The notes beneath the pieces were generated by a model, which ran no database searches, was not told the DNA's origin, and saw nothing but the letters and a program-made list of their open reading frames with translations. Made by a program: the position numbers and the translations under genes. Shown in pieces: positions 26,809 to 36,103 of a stretch of DNA of 52,300 bases (position 1 is the first letter of the stretch; each line of letters starts with the position of its first letter). The stretch is from a virus (lineage: Duplodnaviria > Caudoviricetes): positions 1 to 52,300 of the IMG/VR virus record IMGVR_UViG_3300014501_000025; one strand, written 5' to 3'.

Positions 26809-27551
26809 CGGTAGGGCTGATAGGCAGGGTACGAGAGGGGGGTGACGGACGCCTGGGGCTGGAGTGGCTGGTCGGCGCTTGACCAGTAGTCCTTTCGGGA
26901 CTGTTGCGCGCCGGCGAGGAAGTCCTTGGCGTCCTGCTCGTACCCCTTCGCGACGGCAGAGAGTGTCTCTCGGGCTTCGCCGGCGGTGACGTCCGGGAGG
27001 CGCATCGCTCTGGCGATCGACGCGGCCGCGAGGTGAGCGGCGTACTTCGTCAGCGCCGGGTTCATCCCGTCGGGCACCACGTCGAGCGTCGCCCAATCGA
27101 ACAGCCACGATCGAGCCTCGTCGAGCATCTGGTCGATGTCGCCGTCGGCGAAGATCTGCCAGCCGTAGGTCACCAGCAGCGATGAGACGGGCGCGGTGCT
27201 CAGCGTGAAGTTGCCGTTCGGATCGATGTCGCCCGTGACGCGCCCGTTGGTGATCGTGTCCGGGACGGTGCCGCCGTCGCGATATGCGGCGATGGTGCCG
27301 GGAACGGCTTGGACGGTGACGTTCTTGCCGAGCGGCACCGACTCGAACCGAACGTAGAACTCGGTCTGCGTCGGCGTTGCCTGGGCGGCGATCTGGTCGG
27401 TGAGCTGCTCCTGGCGGACGAGCCCGAACGGGACCGTGGCGTACGAGGGCATCCCGTCACGGATGAGCGTGCGGACGGTGTCGCGAAACCCGGGGTACGG
27501 GCCGGGGTCCGACCCGGGGCTGTCGGGCTGGCCCGGGGTGACGGGGCTCAT
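26805..27551 (-). CDS. putative head-tail adaptor with inserted beta domain
   Basis: VRTLIRD...F.D.DI..ML...AA helical adaptor pattern; position. Confidence 0.55.
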   Translation of the reverse strand: MSPVTPGQPDSPGSDPGPYPGFRDTVRTLIRDGMPSYATVPFGLVRQEQLTDQIAAQATPTQTEFYVRFESVPLGKNVTVQAVPGTIAAYRDGGTVPDTITNGRVTGDIDPNGNFTLSTAPVSSLLVTYGWQIFADGDIDQMLDEARSWLFDWATLDVVPDGMNPALTKYAAHLAAASIARAMRLPDVTAGEARETLSAVAKGYEQDAKDFLAGAQQSRKDYWSSADQPLQPQASVTPLSYPAYQPYR

Positions 27552-27625
27552 GGCGCTCCTTCCGGACTACGGGTGCTGTTGGTTGGCGCTCGAGCTACGC
27601 CCCGGAAATCCCGCATCTCGGGGCT

Positions 27626-28906
27626 TCAGTTCGCGGTGAATGTGCGGCCGTGTAGGGACATCTGCTCGTTCTGGTCGCCGACCTGGACGCGCCAGTAGTG
27701 CCAGCCCGCGGCGACCGTGATCGTGTCGCTGCTCGCGGTGGAACATGCTCGCCACGGCTGGCCGTCCGTTGAACAGACCGGCGTGTCCGCTGGGTTGGAG
27801 TCAGAGAACGTGAACGTCACCGGCCCTGCCGTGATCGTGCTCGCATCCGCTGGGCCGCCGGTGATCGTGACCTGCGGCGCAGGACTACTGGTCGGGAGGC
27901 CTACGGCGTCGCCGTGAGGACCAAAGTGGTAGATGTACGCCGCCAAGCTCAGCGGGCTGTTCTCCAGCTGGAGCTGCTCAAGTTCGCCGAAGAAATAGGA
28001 CTCGTAGGCGACGTTATCGTTTCGCATCACGCTGGCGATTCCATTGATGTACGCCGGGTCGTCGCCGCCCTGACCATCGCCGGGTTGCGCGGCGGGGCCG
28101 AGCCCCCACTCCGGGATGCTTATCGGCTTGCCATGCTGCTGGGCGAACGTCGCCACCGCGCCGATGCCGTCGGGCTCGTTGTACAGGTAGTTCCAGCGGC
28201 CGGAGAACGGCACGCTGGCGGGTACGCCGGCATCGTAGGCGTCCACGCCGATGATGTCCACCACGTCGTCGCCGGGGTACCAGTTGCTGAGCGGGATGTT
28301 GCGATAGCCGGGGTTGACGGTCCAGTCGAACTTGAAATGCGCGCCGGGAACGGCGCGCATCGCGATCACGGTGTTGCGCCAGAATTGGACCCAGTTGGCG
28401 TCGCCAGAAGGCGTGTTGGGGATGCTGTCGGCATACCAGTCGCCGTTCGCCTCATGGGCCAAGCGGATGATGCTGTTGCCCAGTCCAGCGTTGACGAGGT
28501 TCTGCGCGAATGTGGTGGCGTAGGACTCAAAGTTGCCCGCTGCGCCCTCCGCGAGAACGTTAGGGTCGGAATTCTCGCTGGAGGGGTACAGGTTGAGCGT
28601 GATGATGAGCTGCCTGGCGCTGGCTGTCTGCTCTGCCCAGTCGCCCCACTGAAAGTCGCGATACGTGCTGTCCTGAGACAGGACGGCACCAGGCGCGGCC
28701 CACTGCTGCCAGTCCGGTGCGGCGTCGGCGAAAATCTCCACGCAGCGATAGTCGCGCCCGGTGAGCAAGTCAAAGGTGTCGAGGAGGCTGATGTGGCCAC
28801 CGGTGTAGACGCATGGCGTTTCGGAGCCTGTCGCTAGCGCCGGCGCGGCATCGGCGCCTAGCGATGCGACCACGAGGACCAGCCCGATGACGAGGCGGCG
28901 TATCAA
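27626..28906 (-). CDS. secreted glycoside hydrolase family 26 with C-terminal Ig-like domain
   Basis: Signal peptide; IRLAHEANGDWY, WYPGDDVVDIIGVDAYD, KPISIPEWG; TTG overlapping the fibre stop. Confidence 0.88.
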   Translation of the reverse strand: MIRRLVIGLVLVVASLGADAAPALATGSETPCVYTGGHISLLDTFDLLTGRDYRCVEIFADAAPDWQQWAAPGAVLSQDSTYRDFQWGDWAEQTASARQLIITLNLYPSSENSDPNVLAEGAAGNFESYATTFAQNLVNAGLGNSIIRLAHEANGDWYADSIPNTPSGDANWVQFWRNTVIAMRAVPGAHFKFDWTVNPGYRNIPLSNWYPGDDVVDIIGVDAYDAGVPASVPFSGRWNYLYNEPDGIGAVATFAQQHGKPISIPEWGLGPAAQPGDGQGGDDPAYINGIASVMRNDNVAYESYFFGELEQLQLENSPLSLAAYIYHFGPHGDAVGLPTSSPAPQVTITGGPADASTITAGPVTFTFSDSNPADTPVCSTDGQPWRACSTASSDTITVAAGWHYWRVQVGDQNEQMSLHGRTFTAN

Positions 28907-30963
28907 CCCGTAACCTGGTCGATCTGAACGACCGCGTTCCACTTGATAGTCTCGCTGGCCGCACCCGTGACCGTCACGAGCAACTGGTTAGTGGAGAGCG
29001 ATAGCGCGACCGCCCAGGCCGATGCGCCAGCATCCTGGGCTACCAGAGTTGGCGTGGGCGTCGTCCCGCCAACCCAGGTGTAGGCGTTGGAGCCGTTGCC
29101 GCGCAGCACACCCTGGACGGTCCATGCGGAGTCGGTGCCGGGCGTGTCGGTCCGCCGGCCGACGATGGTGATCGTGACCAGCATCGTCCGGGTGTAGCTC
29201 GGAGAGAGGCTCGAGTTGTAGAACTTCAATCCCTGGCTGAGATTGGACAGCAAGCTCAGCGGCGTTGCGGTGGTCGTCTGACCGTACAGACAGCTGATCT
29301 CATGCTGAGCGTCCCCAGCGGCGCTGATCGATCCGCTCGCAAACGCGGTCGAACCGTTGACGAACGGTCCTGCCGCGGCGCCGATCGACGTGGTGTTCAG
29401 CGCCGCGGCGATGGAGTCAAAGCCGAGCGCGACGGACTGCTGACCGGACGCGGTGGAGTACGGTCCCAGCGCGTGCGCCGTCACCCCGCTCGCAACGGCA
29501 GTGTTGCCGCTCGCGACCGAGTTCGTCCCTGACGCTGTCGACTGACCACCGAGAGCAGCGGCCGAGCCGTTCATTGCCGTCGATCCTGCGCCCCAGGCCA
29601 GTCCGCCCATTGCGCAGACCGACAGACGAAGAAACGTGGTGCCCGACACGTAGGTTTGGTTCTGACCGTTGGCGCCCGACAGGTAGCCAACACCGACCCA
29701 GCCACCGCCGAACACGGCGCCGTTGACAACCGGCACGGCCCAGTGACGAAACAGCGTGGCGAGTGTGTTGCAGTCGGTCGCGCGGGTGAGAACCCATTTC
29801 GAGCCGCCGCTGCCCACCGAGGTGACGACATATACGCCCTCGGGATGCGGCGTGCTGCCGGTCCCGTGTGCGTAAGAGTCAGACACGACCACACGATCAC
29901 CAACAGCCACGGCCGGGACCGCGCCGCCATTGATCGAGCCGCCGGACCCGTCAATCGCCAGAGTGCCGTTGGAGCCCGCAGTAATCGTGTCACCGATCGG
30001 CGTCGAGCCTCCGGGAGCAAACACGTAGCTGCTTCCAAGCTGGTAGTTGCCGTTATCGGTGTTCATCAGACACCACTGCACCGGTGTCAACCAGATCGGC
30101 GTGAGCACCGAAAGCCCGCGGCCGGCACGAGCGTCGGCTTGGGCCAGAGAGCGATCGCCCGTGAACGGGAACCAGACCGCGAGGGCGGCGTCGTACTGCC
30201 AGACCTTCGCCTGGCTCAACTCCACCAGGGTCGCCGTCGCCGATCCTCCGGGAGCGTCGAACACGGCCGAGCCGCCAGCAGCGACGGTCAGCGCGTTGCC
30301 GGGCGCGATCGCGATCACCTTGGCGGCAACCAGCGTCTTATCGGCCGGAGCAGTCGGCATCGTCAGCGTCCAACTACCGCCGCTAATGTCCGCCGGGACA
30401 GCGTCGCTGACCGCGGCGGAGTAGTTCGCGGTCTTGACCGCAGTCGGAACTAGTGACGCCCCGCTTCCCCCGGAGGACGGGGCACCGAGAATCCGCCAGT
30501 TACTCGTCCCGTCGGAGATGAGCTCGACCGCCTGCGCCGCGGAGAGCGCCACCGTGGCGTTCCCGTCGATTGTCTGGGCGCCCTCGGCCGTGACGGTCGC
30601 GGTGCCGGTCCCGATGTTCTTGACGGTGATCGACTGGCCAGCGTTCAGCGTCGCATCCGGGAGCGTGACCGCGAAGCTCGCCGAGGAAGTGTTGGCGAGC
30701 ACCACCTGGTTCGGTGGTGTCGGGATCGTGTACGCCGACGACTCCGTGACGATCGAGCCGGTCGACGGGCCGGACGGTGGCGGGGACCAGCCGTTCGCGA
30801 CGACCCACCAGTTCGCCTCGACCCCGACGAGATAGCTGCAGACCGCGTCGGGGAGCTGGAGCACCTCGCTCGGCGTGACGTCGAGCATGAAGTTCTGATA
30901 GCCCGCGATGTTGACTTCCTCGGAGTGCGGGTTCTGCGCGCCGATGTATTGGACGTAGCCCAT
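28903..30963 (-). CDS. fibre/adhesin-like structural protein with YadA-head-like repeats
   Basis: Ser/Thr/Gly/Ala-rich; ~14-aa (A.G..S.A.G..S) repeats at ~29330-29600; phage-fibre GDRV...GVY.V....W.LTRA.D motif. Confidence 0.7.
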   Translation of the reverse strand: MGYVQYIGAQNPHSEEVNIAGYQNFMLDVTPSEVLQLPDAVCSYLVGVEANWWVVANGWSPPPSGPSTGSIVTESSAYTIPTPPNQVVLANTSSASFAVTLPDATLNAGQSITVKNIGTGTATVTAEGAQTIDGNATVALSAAQAVELISDGTSNWRILGAPSSGGSGASLVPTAVKTANYSAAVSDAVPADISGGSWTLTMPTAPADKTLVAAKVIAIAPGNALTVAAGGSAVFDAPGGSATATLVELSQAKVWQYDAALAVWFPFTGDRSLAQADARAGRGLSVLTPIWLTPVQWCLMNTDNGNYQLGSSYVFAPGGSTPIGDTITAGSNGTLAIDGSGGSINGGAVPAVAVGDRVVVSDSYAHGTGSTPHPEGVYVVTSVGSGGSKWVLTRATDCNTLATLFRHWAVPVVNGAVFGGGWVGVGYLSGANGQNQTYVSGTTFLRLSVCAMGGLAWGAGSTAMNGSAAALGGQSTASGTNSVASGNTAVASGVTAHALGPYSTASGQQSVALGFDSIAAALNTTSIGAAAGPFVNGSTAFASGSISAAGDAQHEISCLYGQTTTATPLSLLSNLSQGLKFYNSSLSPSYTRTMLVTITIVGRRTDTPGTDSAWTVQGVLRGNGSNAYTWVGGTTPTPTLVAQDAGASAWAVALSLSTNQLLVTVTGAASETIKWNAVVQIDQVTG

Positions 30964-31019
30964 CCTGGGGTCCTCTCAGAAGCGGCGAGATCGCTCAGCC
31001 GCTCAACGCCTTGTCTGGG

Positions 31020-31481
31020 CTATGCCGCGGCCTTGGGACGCTGGATCGCGCCGCGCTTGGCTGCCGGCTTGGATCGCGCCGGCTTGGACACCGCAGGCTC
31101 GCTCATGCCGTCGGCGAGCAGCGCACGGATCTTCGACGGCTCGATCTCCATCTCACCGATCGCGAGATAGCGCCGGTCGTTCTCGGCGCACCACTCCGTC
31201 TTGAACGCGACCCGCTTGCGTAGCCGCTCTTCCTGGAGTTGCTCGGGCGTGCCGTCCTGGAGAATGTCGACGAGGACCGCCCCGCCGTCGGCGGCGAAGT
31301 AGAACCGGTCAAACGTCTCCGGGAACCTGGCGATACGCCCCTCGAACCGTTCGACGCATTCGTCCATCACGTAGCGGTGGACGTAGCCTTTCCCGCCGAC
31401 ACCCACCGACAGCGGGTCGGGGTCGGGCCGGTACGGCGGCGTGTCTTCCTCGAGCTCGTCGTCGATCGGTTCTACGTGCAT
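31020..31481 (-). CDS. hypothetical protein, weak TnsA/T4 gp4-like nuclease resemblance
   Basis: D.FY....VLVDI...K.EWC.EN...YL.I.E. Confidence 0.45.
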   Translation of the reverse strand: MHVEPIDDELEEDTPPYRPDPDPLSVGVGGKGYVHRYVMDECVERFEGRIARFPETFDRFYFAADGGAVLVDILQDGTPEQLQEERLRKRVAFKTEWCAENDRRYLAIGEMEIEPSKIRALLADGMSEPAVSKPARSKPAAKRGAIQRPKAAA

Positions 31482-31482
31482 G

Positions 31483-32004
31483 TCACGCTCCTGCGGTCGG
31501 GGTGATGATTCGGCTGTCCGAGCCGGCGCTGGCGACGTTCAGGGGGTCCTGGCCGTCACGGTCGGGCGATTTGCGTAGCGCGTCGATCGCGGGCTTGTGC
31601 TTGGTGAGCAGCCCGCGCAACGTGCCGATGTGCGTCTCGGCGAGCCCCATGCCGGTCTGAAGCCGGTCCAGTAGATGCCGCGCCTGGAGGTTCTCCAGGT
31701 TCGGACTCCCGCCCGATGTCAGCTCGGGCAGCACCGCGTAGAGATCCGCGGCGTCGCGCATGCTCTCGCGGCCGTCGTCGTAGTAGACCGACCGGCCGTC
31801 ACCAAGCTGATAGGCCGCCTCGCGAAATGCGGGACGCGCGAGCAGGCTGGCGTGCTCTTCCTGCTCGTGCTGCTTGAACTTGCGCAGCAGCTTGATCAGG
31901 GCGTGCACCTGGTTGGCGCCCTCGTCGTCCTGCTCGGCGTGCTCGGCCGCGAAGAGCGTCCCGAGCTGCCGGAAGGCCTGGTTGATCTGAAACTCGTCAG
32001 CCAC
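31483..32004 (-). CDS. hypothetical protein
   Basis: AAAGGAGG RBS before GTG at 32004. Confidence 0.65.
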   Translation of the reverse strand: MADEFQINQAFRQLGTLFAAEHAEQDDEGANQVHALIKLLRKFKQHEQEEHASLLARPAFREAAYQLGDGRSVYYDDGRESMRDAADLYAVLPELTSGGSPNLENLQARHLLDRLQTGMGLAETHIGTLRGLLTKHKPAIDALRKSPDRDGQDPLNVASAGSDSRIITPTAGA

Positions 32005-32030
32005 CGGTGGCCTCCTTTCAGCCACGCGGG

Positions 32031-32072
32031 CTGCCGCGGGTCAACCGACCTTCCGGCCGGCGCCCGCGGCAG
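32031..32072 (-). terminator. stem-loop downstream of the major capsid gene (terminator or stabiliser)
   Basis: CTGCCGCGGG / CCCGCGGCAG 10-bp stem plus inner stem with GGAA loop; no U-tract. Confidence 0.5.
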
Positions 32073-32087
32073 GAGCGCAGCGTCTGG

Positions 32088-33269
32088 CTAGTTGCCGCGG
32101 TAGATGTACCGGGGCTCGATGCAGGCCGCGGCGTAGCGACGGTCGGCGCGGTAGCGGATGATGTCGCGCTCGAATGACGCACCCGCGTTGGTGGCCTCCT
32201 GCACGACGCGCAGCGCGGTGCGGTCCTGGAAGACGATCGACTTCTTCGCCTCCATCAGGAACCATGCGCCGTGCGTGCTGTCAGTGCCGACGGTCGGCAT
32301 GAACCGCGACACCTTCAGGTTGTACAGGCCCTGCAGCGGGTTGATCGTCATCGTCCAACCCGTGGTGCCCGACCCGGCCGTTGACGCGGTCTGACCCGCG
32401 GCGCCCGGCACTGACGGCTGCAATGCTGACTGCAGCAGCTGCGCGGCGTTGAACTTGTCCGCCGGGCTGACGAGCAGCGTGTCCGGCATGACGAGCATCT
32501 TGTTGCCCAGCGGGTCGACCATCTCTTCCAGGGCGATGTCGGCGCCCATCAGGCCGGAGCCTGAGAGCAGCGCGCCGCCCGAGAGGACGTTCCCGATCGC
32601 GGTGGTGTACCCACCGTTGACGGGGGTGATGATCGCGTTGATGACGTCCTGCTCCTCGACGTAGCGCATGCGCTCGCCGAGCTGACCGGCGCGAGTGACG
32701 ACCTGGCCGGTGCGGTCGTCGTCGACGAGCTCCCACTCCACGGAGAGCATGCGTCCCTTCTTGCTGTTCGGGACGTGCACGTCGAGGCCCTGCAGCCGGC
32801 TGTCGCCGTACTCCTGCCCGGGCGCGATCGTCTTGGGCAGCTCGACGCCGTACAGCGGCGCGTAGAGCTCCTCCGCCCCGCCGGATGCGACGACTCGCAC
32901 CAGGTCGGGGTAGATGACCGGGACGGTGGCGTACCCGTCGAACAGGAAGTTCTGCACGCCGAACCGGAGCAGCTGCGGGAGCTGCGTCTCAGCGACGGAC
33001 TCCGACAGCTTCTTGATCGACAGGTCCCCGAACTTCTCCTGGTAGTCCCAGATCGCCTTGATGTCCTCGGCAGGGAACCGGCTTCCGGCGGCGACCTCCT
33101 TCAGGACACGCGTGGTTGACCGCTCGAGCTGGTTGCGCTGACGCTTCTCCAGATCGCTGGTGCCTTCCGACAGCCGGCGTCCGAAGGAGCCCATGGTGCG
33201 CAGGAACGCATCGGGCGTCATGTTCTGCGCGGCCGCGGTCTGCTGCGGGGTCAGGGTGGAGAGATCCAT
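32088..33269 (-). CDS. major capsid protein (HK97 fold, Mu gpT-like)
   Basis: K.GR.LS..WE.V.DD..G; PDTLLVSP; AWFL; YR...RY.A....PR...RG. Confidence 0.88.
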   Translation of the reverse strand: MDLSTLTPQQTAAAQNMTPDAFLRTMGSFGRRLSEGTSDLEKRQRNQLERSTTRVLKEVAAGSRFPAEDIKAIWDYQEKFGDLSIKKLSESVAETQLPQLLRFGVQNFLFDGYATVPVIYPDLVRVVASGGAEELYAPLYGVELPKTIAPGQEYGDSRLQGLDVHVPNSKKGRMLSVEWELVDDDRTGQVVTRAGQLGERMRYVEEQDVINAIITPVNGGYTTAIGNVLSGGALLSGSGLMGADIALEEMVDPLGNKMLVMPDTLLVSPADKFNAAQLLQSALQPSVPGAAGQTASTAGSGTTGWTMTINPLQGLYNLKVSRFMPTVGTDSTHGAWFLMEAKKSIVFQDRTALRVVQEATNAGASFERDIIRYRADRRYAAACIEPRYIYRGN

Positions 33270-33299
33270 GATGGTCTCTGTTCCTCTCGTGATCCGCGC

Positions 33300-33803
33300 C
33301 TAGACGGCGGCGGCGTAGACGTTGGTGGGCGCGAGCGCGACCTGGACGCGGACGCCGGCGCCGCCGGCGATCGTTTCCGGCGCCGGGGTGGCCTGGTTGG
33401 GCCGGGGCGTGGTCGCGACGGGCGGCAGCGTGTAGCCGACGACGTGGTTGCTCGTTCCCTGGCTGGTGATCGTCTGGGCATCGGCGGTGCCGGTGACCGG
33501 GGTGAACCAGCCGTAGGTGTCGCCGCTGGTGGTGTTCATCCACACCGTCCCGCGGACGAGCACGAGCACGCCGACCTGGTCGGCATCCCCGGGGTAGATC
33601 AGGTTGGCGTTGGACTGCAGCGCCATCCCCAGGAAGTTGGTCGTGGACACCTGCGACGCTGCCGTGATCGGGGTGCACGTGAAGTTCGTGCCGTCCCAGT
33701 AGAGAAGGTCGCCGGCGTTGACCGTGAGGTTGGTCGTGACGGGCAGCTGGACGCGCGACTGGTTGCGGTTCAGGCCGTCAACGTTGTTCTGAGCGCTTGA
33801 CAT
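33300..33803 (-). CDS. capsid decoration / cement protein
   Basis: Between scaffold and capsid genes; V.AGDL...FLG.A motif. Confidence 0.65.
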   Translation of the reverse strand: MSSAQNNVDGLNRNQSRVQLPVTTNLTVNAGDLLYWDGTNFTCTPITAASQVSTTNFLGMALQSNANLIYPGDADQVGVLVLVRGTVWMNTTSGDTYGWFTPVTGTADAQTITSQGTSNHVVGYTLPPVATTPRPNQATPAPETIAGGAGVRVQVALAPTNVYAAAV

Positions 33804-33837
33804 GAGTCAGTGGTCTCCTTGCGTGGCTTCGCGCGCC

Positions 33838-34452
33838 CTAGGCGGCGAGCTCGTCTCGGTCGATGCCCATGGCGCCGAGCAGGCCGCCGGTGGCCGCGGG
33901 AGCCGGGGCTTCCGGCAGGCGCGGGCCGGCACCCTCGACGCCGTAGGACTCGCGGAACTCCGCGAAGATCGACTCGCGCTCGTCCATCCGGCGCTGCACG
34001 AGGCTCTTCATCGAGCCCTCGTCGCCGACGGCGACCACGTCATCGAACCACGCGATGGCGCTCTTCTCGGGCACCTTCGCCTCACGCAGGACCTTGCTGG
34101 CGAGCTTCGCGGCGTCGTTGGCCGCGAGCTTGTTCTCAGCCTCGGTGCGAGCGGTCTTGTGCTCGTCACGCTCCCGGACGGTCTCCTGGAGCTTGGTCTG
34201 GGTGGTGGCCAGTTCTGCGGCGAGCTCGTCGGCCTTACCGTCGCCCGCGGCGACGATCTTCTCGACGATCTTCTCCTGGATCTTGACCTCCGGGGCGGGG
34301 ACCTCGAGCGTAACGTCGGCGCATTCGCGCAGGACGGTCATGCCTTCGTCGATGAGCGTGCCGGCCTTCTCGTCCTCGTCCTTCAGACCCGCGGCCTCGG
34401 TGAGCTTGCCGAGGGCGGCCTTGACCTTCTCCTGCAGCTGAGCAGGTTTCAT
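33838..34452 (-). CDS. nested scaffolding protein (internal start)
   Basis: AAGGAGG 5 nt before the in-frame ATG (MKPAQLQEK). Confidence 0.65.
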   Translation of the reverse strand: MKPAQLQEKVKAALGKLTEAAGLKDEDEKAGTLIDEGMTVLRECADVTLEVPAPEVKIQEKIVEKIVAAGDGKADELAAELATTQTKLQETVRERDEHKTARTEAENKLAANDAAKLASKVLREAKVPEKSAIAWFDDVVAVGDEGSMKSLVQRRMDERESIFAEFRESYGVEGAGPRLPEAPAPAATGGLLGAMGIDRDELAA

Positions 34453-35364
34453 GTGAGCCTCCTTGGAGGTCTCCGGCCGCCGGTCGGCAGTGCCGGTGTC
34501 GCGCCACGCTTCCTGCAGATGGCGGTGGAACTGACCGCCTGCGCCGGCTCGGGTGACGATGTCCGCCGAGCCGAGGTGCGTGACTTCGCGGACCATGTTG
34601 TAGGTCCGCCCGTTGACGTTTTTCTGGTCGGGTGCGTGGCCGTACCCGTCGATGCTGATCCCGATCAGCGGGCGCCCGGGAACCGATCCGAGCGCTGACT
34701 CGATGAGCGATCTGACCCACTCGTAGCCGGGCCCGTTGACGGGCACGAACTTGGCACGAACCTCGGCGGGGTTCCCGTCGATGAACCGTGCCTCGCGGAA
34801 GTGGCCGACGAGCTGACGCACATCTCGTTCGGGGCGATCGCGCTCTTCGCTGGCGGTGGGGTGGTTCGCGTACGCCTGGAGGCCTTCGAACAGGCCGCCC
34901 TTGACGGCGGCCTGGAGGGCCTGCTTGGTGTAGTAGTTGCTGTCCGAGGGGTTGCCGGGTCCCTCGCGCACGACGGTTGCCTCGTAGGTGCCGCCGGTCT
35001 TGGTGACCTTCGCTTCGCGCAGCAGGATCCGGCCGAGCGCGATCGCGTCAGGGGCGGCGCTTTCGCGGGTGCTGGCGCTGGGCATCGTGAGGCCGTGCTT
35101 TTTGACCTGCTTGCGGATGTGAGCGACGACGGACGCCTCGTCGGCGGTCCCGTTGTTCCGCAGCTTCCACGCCTTATCGGCCTCGGCCTGGTCGCGGATC
35201 GGGTACTTGCCGCCTGCCATCGTGTCGTCGTTCTCTTCGGCGGACTTGCGGCTGGCGGCGCTGACGCTCTCTTCGATCTCGGTGTCGTCACCGCCGCGCT
35301 GGAGCTGCGGTTCGGCGCTGGCGGATACGGCTTCGCGCAGGCGGCGGAGCAGGCCTGTTGCCAT
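33838..35364 (-). CDS. prohead protease-scaffold fusion
   Basis: YANHP, VGH, GISID, SADIVT..GAGG protease motifs; coiled-coil C-terminal half; N-terminal KYPI.D DUF6582-like domain. Confidence 0.8.
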   Translation of the reverse strand: MATGLLRRLREAVSASAEPQLQRGGDDTEIEESVSAASRKSAEENDDTMAGGKYPIRDQAEADKAWKLRNNGTADEASVVAHIRKQVKKHGLTMPSASTRESAAPDAIALGRILLREAKVTKTGGTYEATVVREGPGNPSDSNYYTKQALQAAVKGGLFEGLQAYANHPTASEERDRPERDVRQLVGHFREARFIDGNPAEVRAKFVPVNGPGYEWVRSLIESALGSVPGRPLIGISIDGYGHAPDQKNVNGRTYNMVREVTHLGSADIVTRAGAGGQFHRHLQEAWRDTGTADRRPETSKEAHMKPAQLQEKVKAALGKLTEAAGLKDEDEKAGTLIDEGMTVLRECADVTLEVPAPEVKIQEKIVEKIVAAGDGKADELAAELATTQTKLQETVRERDEHKTARTEAENKLAANDAAKLASKVLREAKVPEKSAIAWFDDVVAVGDEGSMKSLVQRRMDERESIFAEFRESYGVEGAGPRLPEAPAPAATGGLLGAMGIDRDELAA

Positions 35365-35409
35365 GGGTTGCCTCCTTGTGCGGGCGCGATCGCGCAGCCC
35401 GGTGAAGTG

Positions 35410-35607
35410 TCAGTCGGCTAGCCGCCGGCCGCGGGGATAGTCGGTCGTGTAGAAGCCCCGGCCTTTGAACCCGATGCCACGCAGCCGGTACAGCCGCTGA
35501 GCGGGCTTGCCGCACGTGTCGCATGTCGCGTCACGAGTGGCGTCGTCAGGGTCGCGGCGAATGTCGGTCTCGTGGCCAGCGTCGCACCGGAACGTGTAGA
35601 CCGGCAT
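35410..35607 (-). CDS. FmdB-family zinc ribbon protein
   Basis: MPVYTFRCDAGH...CDTCG...R.Y....I.FKGRGFYTTDY. Confidence 0.85.
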   Translation of the reverse strand: MPVYTFRCDAGHETDIRRDPDDATRDATCDTCGKPAQRLYRLRGIGFKGRGFYTTDYPRGRRLAD

Positions 35608-35609
35608 GC

Positions 35610-35867
35610 TCAGTCTTCGTCCTCGCTGGCGGGTTGCTGGCGAAGGACCGCTCGAGCGGCATCCACGGAGTCCATCGCCTCGCCGAGCAGCGCGGAGAGC
35701 ACCCACGGGCGGTCGTCGGTACACAGCGCGAACAGGCGCCCGTGGACTGGCGAGTCGATCTCAACGACTACGGCCGCGGTCCGGACGGTGTACTCCTCGC
35801 CGAAGCTGTCGATCTGGTCCATCACGCGGGCGGTCAGCTCGCCGAGCGGGGTCGTGTCAATGCTCAC
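35610..35867 (-). CDS. hypothetical protein
   Basis: GTG coupled start; SIDTTPLGEL... Confidence 0.55.
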   Translation of the reverse strand: MSIDTTPLGELTARVMDQIDSFGEEYTVRTAAVVVEIDSPVHGRLFALCTDDRPWVLSALLGEAMDSVDAARAVLRQQPASEDED

Positions 35868-36103
35868 TGCCGCTCCAATGGGTACTCCACGTAGGTGACG
35901 CCCTTGATGAACTTCGCGTCGCCGAGGCGCACCTGGTCGCGCGGGATCCCGTTGGCGTCGCACCAGCGGTCCATCCCGTCGACGATGTCCTGGGCGCCGC
36001 GGAGAACGTTGGGGAGCAGCAGCAGGTCGGCGAGGCGTTTGGTGCGCGCCCAGAGCCACCCAAACTCGTGCCTGACCTCGCGGCCGACGGTGACGCGGCT
36101 CAT
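35864..36103 (-). CDS. hypothetical protein
   Basis: MSRVTVGREV..., ATGA coupling. Confidence 0.55.
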   Translation of the reverse strand: MSRVTVGREVRHEFGWLWARTKRLADLLLLPNVLRGAQDIVDGMDRWCDANGIPRDQVRLGDAKFIKGVTYVEYPLERQ

